Assembly: GCA_030390025.1 (NCBI GenBank)
Contig: CM059438.1
Coordinates: 71,116,001 to 71,180,000 of the forward strand
DNA from: Squalus acanthias
Lineage: Eukaryota
Length of the DNA stretch: 64,000 nucleotides
Reading direction: 5' to 3'
Shown: in pieces, positions 12,146 through 25,170 of the stretch
Numbering within the stretch: the first letter of the stretch is position 1
How the letters are laid out: each line of letters opens with the position of its first letter
The notes under the pieces: model-generated
The model's input: the letters and a program-made list of their open reading frames with translations, nothing else
The model's database searches: none
Told to the model about the DNA's origin: nothing
Translations under genes and position numbers: made by a program

Positions 12146-13300
12146 GCCACTGAGACGGTGTGCCTGTGTCTTTAAGGCTGTTGAGTTTAACAATCTGCCT
12201 TTGATTGAGACTAACAGCAAGTTCTTTCAATGAGAAATGTCCAATCTATGAATACAATATTACACAAGGGCACGATGCTTTTTACACAGTGCTCTGCATC
12301 GATGTCAGTACAACAGTAACAGTATAGTAAACAGCACAATAGTATTTTGAAGATCTCTTGAAATCATACTATTAGTGCGGAATGTGCTATTCTTTCATCT
12401 GACAGGGCAGTAGAGGGAGTGCGTCATTGAACACGACACACTCTAACAATGAAAACGTTTTGGGAAACGCAGGACAGCAGGTTTAAATCTTTTTTTTAAA
12501 TGAGTTTAGTTGCAATAAATATAAGATAACAGATGGCTGGCAGTGAGTTACATTGCATTAATTCAATCAAGCAGTTCTGAATACGTCATAAACTGTGTGA
12601 GAGTGAAGTTCGGACGTTTCATAAACATCAGTAGAGCCCCAAGATTGAATTAGTGCCTCAAACTCCCTGCCAGACACTTGTTATTCTTTATAATATATAC
12701 TGTGTCTAGTTTATTTAAGTTTGTAGTTTACTATTTTTAGACAGGCAGCAAGAGAAGTGAGTGTGGAGATGGTAAGATGTAGGTGAAAGAGTAAAGCTGT
12801 CTTTATACTGCCACTTGCACATTATTGAAAAGTAGTTTACAGTTCGTATTGATGTAAAAGTACAAGGAAAACTCAATTGTCAGAGTGACAATCTGACTTC
12901 CGAGCACAGCGTAGCCAGAGGGGCAAAACTTCCACCAGAAAATGGTTGTGCTGTATACCGCTTGTAGTATAACTTCAGTCTGACTGAGTTTAGGTGCAGA
13001 GTACCAAACCGGTTGACTATGATGCATTATGACACCCGAAGCCAGGTAAGCAATGTCCATTACTGGTGAAGAGTCCCCTCAAAGAGTCCATACTTTTACT
13101 CTGCTTTGCACTTCACATTTAAGTTAGTTTTCTATGCAAATGGACGTGCGCATCAGTGCAGTCACATTAGTGAGAACTATATGGTCATTTCCAGTAATCC
13201 AGCAACAGCAGGGGACAATCCGTGTGCCAGATGGGATAGGCTCGAGGCACACCCACATTTGGGCTTTGGGCCTCATGGGCTTCAGACATCTCAAGTTAAC

Positions 13301-14030
13301 GCGCTAGAAAATCAGCATTGGATTTCGGGCTGCAGGCAGCAGCCTTCAGGTAGGTCCTGGGGTGGGGGTGGTGGGTGATGGGAGGCGATGTGGAGGAGGG
13401 GATGATTGGCAGATGGGGCGGGGGGAAAGTGATTGGGATGGGGTCAAGTGGAAGCCGGCAACCATCTTCAGCACTGCAGTGGAGCATTCCCACTCCTCCC
13501 GGCTCCCACATTCAAGTAAATATTTTCCAACCAACATACCTTTTTGCTGGTGGCCTCCAGCGGTCCCTTTAAGGACCGCTAGGTAGGCCGCATGTAGACC
13601 ATGTTTTCCTGAATGCAACTGCCCTGGCACCAGCTGCCATTAGGTTGGAGCAGTTTAGCAAAGGGGTCTTCAAATAGGTGTTAAGCTCTATGCATATGCA
13701 CACAAGAGGCCTAACGTATGTCTTAAGGACCGGCCCTGGATGTGACCATCCCCCGAAGCTGCGCGGGCGCATCGATCGGGAGGTCCCACTCAGGCTACTC
13801 ACCAGCTGTTGCCGCTGGAAAAGATACCATGCAGCAAATTTAAAAGGACCGCGCACAAAAAAAAGTTACAGGGATCATTGCCTGGATGCCTCTTTTTCTG
13901 CCTTTACCAATATGGTTGGCGGCCCACTTCCAGCACAGAATGCGCGTGCTCTTGGGACCTGCCTTATTGGATGCTTAGGCACCCTTTATGCACCTGAAAA
14001 ACGGGCGCGGTGCCAACCAATTTCTAGGCC
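13301..14030. mobile_element. GC-rich MITE-like element
   Basis: Degenerate inverted ends gctagaaaat / atttctaggcc, with the shared ggagcattcccactcctcccggc module. Confidence 0.4.
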
Positions 14031-14911
14031 TGTAATTCCAGTTATTGGACTGATACGCACTCAAATATACACTGGTCTCAAATCGGTACGTATGATATAA
14101 CTGCAGCCTGAAAAAGATGAGAGAGAGGTGCTAAATCTACATCTGTTTTCAACTCAAGTTAATTCTACATCTGTTTCAATCACAGATTGACACACGTACG
14201 GTCACCCAGGACCGTCTATTACTGCTATAAATATATTGGGAGATGAATACTGTCAGCTTGCAAGAATAGAAGTGCATTATTTTAATAGAGGGGCCCCCTT
14301 TAATCTAAATCCCAGCACACACACACACACTTCTCATAGTGCCTATTGCCCAGGGATACCCATGGAAACACTGATCGTTTACTGCAATGTCCTGAGCTGC
14401 TTATACAAAATTGCAGCTGGAACTTTTTGGAACAGTTCAGAGGACTGAGAGCTTCAGGTTTCCTGAGGAGTACCTGACCTTAACATGGAGGACAGAGGGG
14501 CCAGTGGGCTGATTTTTTGCCGTATACGAAATGAATATGTAAAAGCTTAACACAGTTGTCCACTATTTTAACCAAAGTATTAAAATAACCGGCAAATTCA
14601 AAAGCATTTAGAATTCCTATGCTAATATTGGACAGTTTCCATTCCCTTCCTCGAACCAGTGCTTGGCAATTTGCCTTCCACTGTAGTACATTGCAACTCG
14701 TTCTGTGTGGATCTGGGGTACTGTGCGCTCCTCGACCAATTTATTTTGGTAACAGCCTCGTTTCAGTCTTCTTCGCCTCCATTGCCAAAATTTCCCAATA
14801 AAAAGATAGTTTAAAGAATGTGGCGAAGAGAAAGTAGATGAATACGAAAAGTGAGGAGCAAGAATATTGTTGGAGGAATTTACCAGATGAGAATAAACAC
14901 TGCCTTGAGAC

Positions 14912-15200
14912 TTGGTGGCGGAGCGTGTTAGAATGCTGTCACTTCACCTCTGGAAGCTGGGTTAGAATCCAGGACAGACTATTTGGATGTTTGTCGTCTC
15001 TCTCTACTGGATGCAAGGGTCCAATGGAAAATTAATTTGGGTAATGTCGACCCATTCAAGGTGGGCAAAAGCTGGCACTCGTGTGGTAAACAAAAAAACT
15101 TCATATTGGTGCAACTGGGGTATTCATCCACCTGAGTTATGGTATATTGTTGGGAAAGAGTAGATGGCATTTTCTTTGAATCTGGGTTGTTACTTCGCCT
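14912..15200 (+). mobile_element. Old tRNA-derived SINE, LF-SINE-like head
   Basis: ttcacctctggaagctgggttagaatcc resembles the LF-SINE 5' region as I recall it. The copy is heavily diverged. Confidence 0.35.
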
Positions 15201-15484
15201 GATAAGGGAATGCTTCCTATGGATACAGTGTGCCAAAAGTGAACTCAATTCTATTTTCCAGCAGCAACATTCCTTACCTTGATGACCACAAACATTAAAA
15301 AGGCAAAAATACTCTTCCTCCCGGCTCCCCCACCCATTTCATGTGTTTTATCTTTCCCTGTGTTTTGGTCCTCCACCATGTGTGTAATTTCCTGGCATAT
15401 AGAGGGTGAGCCTCTGCTGATAGTGCGTTGTAACCGGGTGCTAGGAAATAGGCAGAGTGGCTTGCCTCCGAATTCTCATACGAT

Positions 15485-15562
15485 AGCAAAATACTGCAGA
15501 TGCTGGAAATCCGAAATAACAACAGAAAACGCTGGAAAAACTCAGCAGGCGAGGCAGCATCC
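15485..15562 (-). mobile_element. Penelope-type terminal repeat fragment
   Basis: Reverse complement matches 63757-63830 (gatgctgcc...ctgctgag...ccagc.ttttctg...catctgcagtattttg). Confidence 0.7.
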
Positions 15563-15835
15563 ATTCCTCTGACTTTGGCCTCTTGTGCAGCACCCCCATT
15601 AGTCCCACCTTCGGCAGCCTAGGCCCAGTGCTCTGAAATTCTCTCCCTAAACACCTCTGCCTCCCCACCTCTCTCTCATCCTTTAAGACCCTCCTTAAAA
15701 CCCACCTCTGACCAGTCCCCCTTTCTAATGTCTCCTTATTTGGTTCGGTGTCCATTTTTTACATCCACTGATTATCTCTGTGAAGCACCTTGGGGTTTTT
15801 TTTCTACCTTAAAGATGCTCTGTAAATGTGAGGTG
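15563..15835 (+). mobile_element. L2 LINE 3' fragment
   Basis: ccttcggcagcctaggccc...ctccctaaac...ctccttaaaacccacctc...gtgaagcaccttggg, shared with 16580-16885, 43525-43826 and 48405-49426. Confidence 0.75.
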
Positions 15836-16932
15836 ATATTGTTCCTAACTTGTCTTCCTCTTTTCTCCGCTGTTGAGATGCACCCAAGACTCTATTCAAC
15901 GTTTCTTGTGATGGATCAGCATAAATCACAGCATGGAGAATCACAAGCACAATCTGTACTACACTTTGATATCGCTCATTGTTATGAGATCTTTGTCAAT
16001 ATCTATATTGTATATTACAGTTAAACAATGCTTTACAATGGATATCTATTTCAAAGCTGTATTATTTCCATTTTAAGAACTTCTCATTAGTTGTAACTGA
16101 ACACAAGTTACCTATTGATTTTTTTTATTTTCCTATTCACAGGGTTATGATGTATTGTAATGAATACCTGGAAGGAGGTTATGAGACGTATTATAAGTAA
16201 GGTACTCAAATGACATTACAAACCATGACAATGAAGCTTGAACAGTTCTTGATCTCCCACCCTCCTCACCTGAAGGCAGTGATTCATGCTCAGATACAGT
16301 TCCACAGGTGCCAGCAACTGCCTGAACTTCACCCCAGTAGCCATTCCTCATGTAGGAGCCCAGGCAGTGAGTGTCGGAAGGCTATGTGCTTATCGAGTCA
16401 GATTCTGATGTCCGCAAACATACACTTTCCGACTACAATCACTCGATTGCATTCAGCAGCAGGGCTCCTGGTAGAGTTTTTCCTCCCTAGCTCTGGGACA
16501 CGAAGGCCAATCTAACACCATACCACTCCTTGAATTCTATCAACTAACTCAGTACAGGCTGCAAATTGAAACCTCTACCTCCCTGTCCTCCTTTAAAACG
16601 CTCCTTAAAACCCATCTCAAAACCCACCTCCATCCCCTCCATCTGGGGTTGCCGTTGACCGCAGGTCCCAGAGGATGAAAGGACAGTATCTGACTCACTA
16701 CCCTACCCAGTTCCCTAACAGAAAGAGGATACCATCATCCTTTCATGACCAAGCTTTAGGTCACCCCTCCAAATGGCTCCTTCTTTGTCTCGGTGTCTGT
16801 TTTTTTGATTGCACCTCTGTGAAGCAGCTTAGGGGGGTTTGTCTAGGTTAAAGGTGCTCTATAAATGCAAATTGCTGTTGTTGTTAAAGACGAGACTCTT
16901 CTGGTCTGTATGGCTCAGTTGCACCCTAGTTC

Positions 16933-17790
16933 AATAGTGTAGTCATTATGGTACTGGATTAGCAAGCCAGAGGCTCGACATCATCTAGGACAGAGCAGTC
17001 TGCTTGAGTGGCACCCCTTCCACTGGACTCGATATTCAATCCCTCCACCACTAGGATGTGGCTGCAATATGTATTACTTCCAACAACAACTTGCCTTTAT
17101 GTAACACCTATAACATGATAAGAGGTAAGTTTTAAGGAGTTCCTAAAGGAGGAGAGAGAGGTAGAGAGGAAGAGAGATTTGGGGAGAGAATTCCAGAGCT
17201 TCGGGTCTAGGCAGCTTAGCCAGCTGAAGGCACGGCCGCCAATGGTGGAGCGGATGGGCGAGAAGCCAGAATTGGAGGAACGCAGAGTTCTCAGAGGGTT
17301 GCAGAGCTGGAGGTGGTTCCAGAGGTAGGAAAGGGCAAGACCATGGAGGGATTTGAAAACCAGGATTAGAATTTTAAAATCCAGGTGTTGCCGAACCAGG
17401 AGCCAATGTAGGTCAGCAAGCACAGGGGTGATAGGTGCACGGGACTTGGTGCAGGATGCACTGCAGCACCTCCTCAAGGTTACTTCAACAGCACCTCCCA
17501 GCCCCATGATCTCTACCACCAAGAAAGACAAGGGCAGCAAGATCACTGGAACACTATCGCCTTGAAGTTCCCCTCCAAGTCATGCACCGTCTGATTTGGA
17601 CATATGCTACCATTCCTTGATTGTCGCTGATCAAAAACCTATTTTTTCCCTTACCTAGCACCATCATGGGATCATTATCTGCAGTGGTTCAAGGAGAAGG
17701 CCAACCACAACCTCTCAGGGCAACTGGGGAAGGGAAATAAATGAATCTTTTCCGGTGTCACCCGCATCCCGATAACAGATTTAAAAGAAG
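16933..17790 (+). mobile_element. Diverged short derivative of the 18781-21880 LINE family, with a nested L2 fragment
   Basis: Head (ttatggtactggattagcaagccagaggc) is joined at about 16977 to sequence matching 21426 onward (gacaccatccaagacaaagcagc). It resumes after the L2 insert and ends ...cccgcatccc. Confidence 0.7.
17080..17450 (-). mobile_element. L2 LINE 3' fragment
   Basis: RAPITPVLADLHWLLVRQHLDFKILILVFKSLHGLA...GGRAFS...KLWNSLP is the typical L2 ORF2 C-terminus. Ends in a (TTG)n tail. Confidence 0.88.
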
Positions 17791-18780
17791 CTCAGCCACT
17801 GTGCTCTCAGGAAGCTTCTGTTCGATTTTGTTTAAAAATCGATGGTGATGGCTTCTTTTCTCTGCTCTTTTTGCTCTGTCTCCTTGATGCATGGTCAAAA
17901 TTTGCAAAACAACATTCATCCACTGTGACCTCAACAACATAACTTCCACGTAATGCGTCCCTGATTTGCCAGACCTTTCCATACACTGCTTCGATTAGAT
18001 TAAAGTAAAACAGAAAAAAGAGACATTTTCTGCACAAAATACAACAAAACCTGGCCTGCAATTCACAAGTGACCTGCAACTTATCGCGGGTCAAATGCAA
18101 AAAGTATTGCGAAGCTGGAGGAGACCGGAAAGTTTCTGAAATTCTCCTATGGGGTAAATAATAATTGAGACAAATCTCCATCATTAAAATTCCTGCATTT
18201 TTGTTTATCCAGTAACTAAAAAAGGTTTGTGAAGTTTTACAGGAAATTTGATAGTGGTTATGAAGGGGGGAAAAAAAAATCAAAAACGTCTTCCTTCAGG
18301 ACAGAGGTCATAAGTATTTTGTATCCGCAGTGCCTTTTCCTGCAATAAGGTGACACATCAAAGAATGTGTTTTTTATTAGTTCTGACCTTCGTTTCACCT
18401 TTCAGTTTATATAGGTGAAAATTTACAAAGAGGCACAGCAGGCTCATGGGCCAGTAAAAGAAACTGCCACAGCTTCCTAACACGACAAGCAGCACTCCTG
18501 AAAGTTGCTCCCAAAAAATGTGGGCTCATCAAGTCAATGTGCAATGTGTCTGTTTTGGAATCGAGATTGCTAAACCGTTTCCGTCCGGTCTCATGCTTAC
18601 CTGGATGGGCAAAATTGGCATCAAGTCTGAAATGATCTCAACTGACCAATTTCGGAAAAACAAGTTCTACGAAATATTTAGTTGTTGCTTTATAAAGTTT
18701 TGTTTCCGGTTTTTCTCTCCTTCCCTCACGGTTCTCATGCTGCTGGCCATTTTATCGACCTCATGTAACATATCATGTGA

Positions 18781-21700
18781 GGGTATGGTAGCAGAGTGGT
18801 TATGTTACTGGACTTGTAATCCAGAGGCCTGGACAAAACTCACCACCGCAGTTGGGGAATTTCAATTCAATTAATTAAATAAATCTGTAATAAAAAGCTA
18901 GCATCAGTAATGGCGACCACGAAACTACCGGATTGTCATAAAAACCCAACTGGTTCACTCGTGTCCTTTAGGGAAGGAATTCTGCTGTCCTTACCCAGAC
19001 TGGCCTATATATGACTCCAGACCCACACCACCCGGCATCGGACTAGCCATTGGACTTGGACACGACAAAGGCATACCTAGCCCAGTCGACCCTGCAAAGT
19101 CCTCCTCACTACCATTTAGGGACTTGTGCCAAAATTGGGAGAGCTGTCTTGCAGACTTGTCAAGCAACAGCCTGACATAGTCATACTCATAGAATCATAC
19201 CCATCAACCAACATTCCAGACTCCTCCATCACCATCCCTGGGTATGTCCTGTCCCACCGGCAGGACAGACCCACCGGAGGTGGCAGCAAAGTGGTATACA
19301 TTGGCCCTGGGAATCCTCAACATTGACTCTGGACCCCATGAAGTCTCATGGCATCAGGTCAAACATGGGCAAGGAAACCTCCTCAGCTGATGACTCAGTA
19401 CTCCTCCATGTTGAACAACACTTGGAAGAAGCACTGAGGCAAGGGCACAGAATGTACTCTGGGTGGGGGTCTTCAATGTCCATCACCAAGAGTGGCTCAG
19501 TAGCACTAGTCCTGAAGGACACAGCTGCCAGACTGGGCCTGCGGCAGGTGGTGAAAGAACCAACATGAGGGAACAACCTACTTGACCTCGTCCTCACCAA
19601 TCTACATGTCACAGATGCAGCCATCCATGACAGTATTTGTAGCAGTGACCACCGCACAGTCCTTGTGGAGATGAAATCCCATCTTCACACTGAGGACACC
19701 CTCCATCCTGTTGTGCAGCATTACTACTAAATGGGATAGATTCAGAACAGATCTAGCAGCTCAAAACTGGGCATCCATGAAGCGCTATGGGGTATCAGCA
19801 GCAGCAGAATTGTATTCCACCACAATATGTAACCTCATGGCCCGGCATATCCCTCACTCTACCATTACCATCAAACCAGGTGACCAACCCTGGTTCAATG
19901 AGTGTAGAAGATCATAGCAGGAGCAGCACCAGGCATACCGAAAAATGAGGTGCCAAACTGGTGAACCTGCAAGCGAGGACTTCATGCATGCTAAACAGCA
20001 AACAGAGCGAAGTGATCCCACAACCAATCAATCAGATCAAAGCTCCGCAGTCCTGCCACATCCAGTTGTGAATGGTGGTGGACAATTAAACAACTAACGG
20101 GAGGAGGAGGCTCCATGAACATCCTCATCCTCAATGATGGCAGAGTCCAGCATGTGACTGTAAAAGACAAAGCTGAAGCATTTACAACTCTCTTCAGCCA
20201 GAATTGCTGAGTGGATGATCCATCTCGGCCTCCTCCTGAGGTCCCCAGCATCACAGATGCCAGTCTTCAGCCAATTCGATTCACTTCACGTGATATCAAG
20301 AAACAGCTGAGCGCACTGGGTACAGCAAAGGCAATAGGCCCCGACAACATCCCGGCTATCGTGCTGAAGGGTTGTGCTCCAGAACTAGCCGCACCTCAAG
20401 TCGAGCTTTTCCAGTACAGTTACAAAACTGGCATCTACCCGACAATGTGGAAAATTGCCAGGTATGTCCTGTCCAGAAAAGGCAGGACAAATCCAACCCA
20501 GCCAATTACCACCCCATCAGCCTACTCTCAATCATCGGCAAAGTGATGGAAGGTGTCATCGACAGTGCTATCAAGTGGCAATTACTCACCAAAGACCTAC
20601 TAACTGATGACAAGTTTGGGTTCCGCTAGGATTACTTTGCTCCAGACCTCATTACAGCCTTGGTCCAAACATAGACAAAAGAGCTGAATTCCAGAGGTGA
20701 GGTGAGAGTGACTGCCCTTGACATCAAGGCAGCATTTGACCGAGTGTGGCATCATGGAGCCCTAGTAAAACTGAAGTCAATGGGAATCGGGGGAAAAACT
20801 CTCCACTGGCTGGAGTCAAACCTAGCACAAAGGAAGATGGTTGTGGTTGCTGGAGGCCAATCGTCTCAGCTCCAGGACATCGCTGCAGGAGTTCCTCAGG
20901 GCAGTGTCCTCGGCACAACCATCTTCAGCTGCTTCATCAATTACTTTCCGCCCATCATAAGGTCAGAAGTGAGGATGTTCACTGATGATTGTCCAGTGTT
21001 CAGTTCCATTCGCAGTGCCTCAGACAATGAAACAGTCCGTGCCCACAGGCAGCAATGCCTGAACTACATTCAGGCCTTGGGCTGATAAGTGGCAAGTAAT
21101 ATTCGTGCCACACAAGTGCCAGACAATGACCATCTCTAACAAGAAAAAGTCTAACCACCTCCCCTTGAGATTCAATGGCATTACCATCGCCGAATCCCCC
21201 ACCGACAATATCCTGGGGGTCACCATTGACCAGAAACACAACTGGACCAGCCACATAAATACTGTGGCAACAAGAGTAGGTCAGAGGCTGGGTATTCTGC
21301 GGCGAGTGTCTCACCTCCTGACTCCCCAAAGCCTTTCCACCATCTACAAGGCACAAGTAAGGAGTGTGATGGAATACTCTCCACTTGCCTGGATGAGTGC
21401 AGCTCCAACAACACTCAAGAATCTCGACACCATCCAAGACAAAGCAGCCCACTTGATTGGCACCCCATCCACCACCTTAAACATTCACTCCCTCCACCAC
21501 TGGCATACCGTGGCTGCAGTGTGTACCATCTACAAGATGCCTTGCAGCAACTCGCCAAGGCTTCTTCGGCAACACCTCCCAAACCCGCGACCTTTACCAC
21601 CTAGAAGGACAAGGGCAGCAGGCGCATGGGAACACCACCACCTCCAAGTTCCCCTCCAAGTCACACACCATCCTGACTTGGAAGTATATCACCGATCCTT

Positions 21701-21880
21701 CATCGTGGCTGGTCAAAATCCTGGAACTCCCTAACAGCACTGTGGGACTACCTTCACCACACGGACTGCAGCGGTTCAGGAAGGCAGCTCACCACCACCT
21801 TCTCAAGGGCAACTAGGGATGGGCAATATATGCTGGCCTTGCCAGCGATGCCCACATCCCATGAATGAATAAAAAATAAA
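18781..21880 (+). mobile_element. Near-full-length, inactivated CR1/L2-group LINE (APE endonuclease + RT) with a tRNA/SINE-like 5' head
   Basis: APE motifs PDIVILIES, RQDRPTGGGS, NLLDLVLTN and SDH. RT motifs ALDIKAAFDRVWH, GVPQGSVLG and FTDD. Multiple stops and frameshifts. 3' end gcccacatcccatgaatgaataaaaa. Confidence 0.9.
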
Positions 21881-23204
21881 ATAATACAGTTCCATACACT
21901 TTATTTTTCAGGTGCTTCCCCCTCCAGCTGATTACCCATATCCTCTGTATCCATCGGACAGCTTTATTCATTGGCTTTGCTTTACCTACTTAGTTGGATG
22001 TTGTCCTCAAAAGGTCCTGCAGTGTGCTAACAAGGAAGAAGTTCTAACTTGTACTGCAAAAAGTTGATGGACATGCCACAGGAAATCATACAGAGGGCGT
22101 GTGAGCCAAAAAGTACCGAGTGGGATAGCAAAATTAAATTTGATTCATTAAACGAGTTGTTTTAGAATGAAAGTTTCCATACAGCTATCTTGTTAACTTT
22201 AATTAAGTAAGAAAAACACTTAGGATTACAGCTCAAAAATAAATACAATAAAATGGTTAAAATGAGTTAAAGGGCAACTGAGAAGGAAAAGGAACTGTTC
22301 CTTGAGCAAATCTCCTGATGTCATGGAGACATAAATGGAAATGGGTGGCTTGGTATAGCGATGAAAGCTCGGTTTGAGGTCCTCCCTGTAATAAGAATGA
22401 GATCTGAGGGTTCTGGCTCAAACTGTGGCTGTGGTTCAGTAACTCCTGAGAACTGTCTCTGGTGCATAATGGAACTTGTCCTGTTTCTGTGTGAGCTTTG
22501 GATCTAACTTTATAAGCTCTTGTGGGGCACAGGGCCCATGAAGAGCTGCAGATGCAGGCTGCAGGATATGACTACAGTTGCCTGAAGCAATCCTGCTTTG
22601 TGGATGGTTCCTCACATGTGGTTTGATACGGTCTGGAAAGACCAGGCATGGCCGATGACATCTCTCCTTCAGGCTCCCAATGTCATCGGGGAGGGTAAAA
22701 ACACCATTTTTTGTCAAACGTGATTGCTGTTGGCTGGAGTTGACCTTTCCCATTCCAAAACATTGATCTTCGTGGTTTTGGATGTCCTCAATGAAATTAT
22801 TTTTCCCTTCTGTAAAGAAACTTTGAAGAACCTTTTCTTAAGATGTTAAGCGGGTTGGATAGTGTCCACAATTGAGCAGACTGAGGAAGGAATGGACTTT
22901 GATGGGCCAGATAGCCTGTTCCCTTTCTAAAACATCTTGTGTTGACTTGGGATCATTAACCAGACTCACTATTGTTTTTACTCCTTTTGCTTCTTGCAAG
23001 CTTACAAACGTGGCATTATTTTCCCAGTTTTACATATTTTCATCTGTTTTCTGACTGATATATTAAGCATTTGAGTTCCTACCTTTCCTACCAAAATCGT
23101 TGAAAATAACTGATTTATAAAATTGGAACACCATGTAGAAATTAGAGATGCCACTATGTAAACCCCCCTCCCCCCCAAAAAAATGATGGAAGTATTCAAC
23201 ATCC

Positions 23205-23707
23205 TTCCAATTGACCTCTCACCCAGAAGTGGCGGAAAATCACACAGCTAGGTGGCAGGTTCGGCTGCAGGAGCCATATCACAAGGGTCTGGTGCTCGGG
23301 CGGGGAGTAGTCCACAGCAGGAGAGGCCTAAGCTTTCCTTGTGGGGCCCGAAGGAGCACTCGTTCTCCTGACCCCCACAAGGAAAGTAAACAAAAAGAAA
23401 CGTGCCTGTTTGGTCCTCTTCTGGCCCCGGGTCGTTTTTACCCAGCAGCAAAGCCACAGCAGCTTCCCGCTCAGGCCGTCCAGTTCAAATTCCAGTCAGG
23501 TTGCGAGGATGTAAACGAGACCTGGCATTGTAAAGAAAGACCCTGCCGGCTTTGGGCGGGCGTCCTTGCCGCCTGCTCAGTAGAACAGGTTACAATTCGG
23601 AATGCTGAGTTGCTGGCGGCTTTCCGGTGGGTAAGTAAGCGGGACAATTTTAACTGCTCTCCCGCCCGGTTTCCGCCGGGCAGGTAGGGTTAAAATTGCC
23701 CCCCCCC
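23205..23707. mobile_element. GC-rich MITE-like element
   Basis: Right end ggttaaaattgccccc is typical of this family. Contains the ggagcactc...ccccacaagga module. Left end is degenerate. Confidence 0.45.
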
Positions 23708-24456
23708 AAAATGTTTTTAAAAGTAAGATTCCTTTGCCAAGAAATTAAGCATTTTAGTATCTTTGGCTTGAAGTCATTCTTGCTCAGTCAGTTTTGTTCT
23801 GAAACCTGCTGATAGTTGCACACAAAAATTGCTTCTTGGAAGAATGCCAATGGCCTGACCTACAGTATGCATTGGACTCCACATTATTTCCTGTTCTAGT
23901 GTAATTCTAGTGTAATTTATGTTGCAAGATTGTGTATTACATAAATTTCTGTCATGTACCTTAGAAAACCTTTCAGAAAAAAAAAGAAAATCCCAGATTT
24001 TAATCTTGTACGATGAAACGAGTACGCTCAAACAGCCAAGAAATCTCAAATCAGCAATTAGTGCTTCCTCTGACCAGCTCCACTGAGTAAATTTACTGTT
24101 ACTTCCTAGAGATCAGTTTAAGATTAAATCCAAGGAATCTCTCAATGACTTTGTCACAGAGTGGATCTTGTGTTGAGTAGCTCAGCGCCAACATCCATCA
24201 GCTGAATGGAGCAACCTTGCTCTTGATGTCAGCAACAACAGCTACCACTGGGAAGAGCCAGAGACAGCAGCTTACAACAACAACAGATGGAATTTCATTT
24301 TTTCTGATTAGAAATACAAGTGTTGGAGCTCCTCTGATGGTTCAGCAAGTTTATCAAATGAATAGCTGAGCCAGTCAGGACAAGAAGATCCCGGGCTCGA
24401 TTCCTGTCTTGTGTTAGAACAGTGGCACAAGCTACCACAATTGGCATCAGTGACCT

Positions 24457-24630
24457 GGGGAGTCACTGTCTCCTTCACTGCTTGGGGTGGTAAACAGGCG
24501 GAGTTTAAACTGGCCGGCCTTCCACCTCCATTGGAATCAATGGAATGGAAAATCATGTGGGTTCTATAACAGATGGGCAATCTGCTCCGCCAGTTTACCG
24601 CCCATGCAGTCAAGGAGACAATGACTCCCC
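24457..24630. mobile_element. Hairpin MITE with ~46-bp TIRs inserted into an old SINE
   Basis: ggggagtcactgtctccttcactgcttggggtggtaaacaggcggag versus the reverse complement ggggagtcattgtctccttgactgcatgggcggtaaactggcggag. Central ccattggaatcaatgg. Confidence 0.85.
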
Positions 24631-25018
24631 CTTGAGGTAGGGAGGGGGAAACCGTCCCAAGTACCTGTTCAACAACCTCCGTTGGAAGTGGTGCACATGT
24701 TGCCGTCAGGTGGGGTTAGGATCGTGCTTGGTTCTGGTACCCTCTGCGGTCAAATAGCATGCCAACACCCACTGTCAAGGCACACGCATGAATAATATAC
24801 ACTTGTGCACCCATACTGCCTTCAAGCTAGGAGGGGAGAAAAGTGGCATGGGCAAATAAAAGAAGTGTTTCATATTTTGTAATAAATAACGGGCAGGATT
24901 GATTATTATGGCAATAGCCTCACCTTGGGGCTCGATGACTTCAAATAAACACCTTTATGATACGATTTTCAGGGTGGCTCTCATCCACCATTGTTCTCTA
25001 TATAATGCATATTATAGT

Positions 25019-25170
25019 AAAAGAACATAAGAAATAGGAGCAGGAATAGGCCACTTGGCCCCTCGAGCCTGCTCCGCCATTCAATAAGATCATGGCTGAT
25101 CTTGGGCTCAAAGCCACTTCCCTGCCCGCTCCCCATAAATAAGAACATAAGAAATAGGAGCAGGAATAGA
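25019..25170 (-). mobile_element. Two tandem CR1 3'-tail fragments
   Basis: aagaacataagaaataggagcaggaatag occurs at both 25021 and 25141. Confidence 0.85.

Noticed and set aside
22436..22753. 105-aa minus-strand ORF as an extra PAPPA exon or nested gene
   Set aside because: No recognisable homology, and exons 7 and 8 already join seamlessly.
25019..25170. CRISPR-like direct repeat with spacer
   Set aside because: Only two copies, both are CR1 3' tails, and the context is a vertebrate intron.
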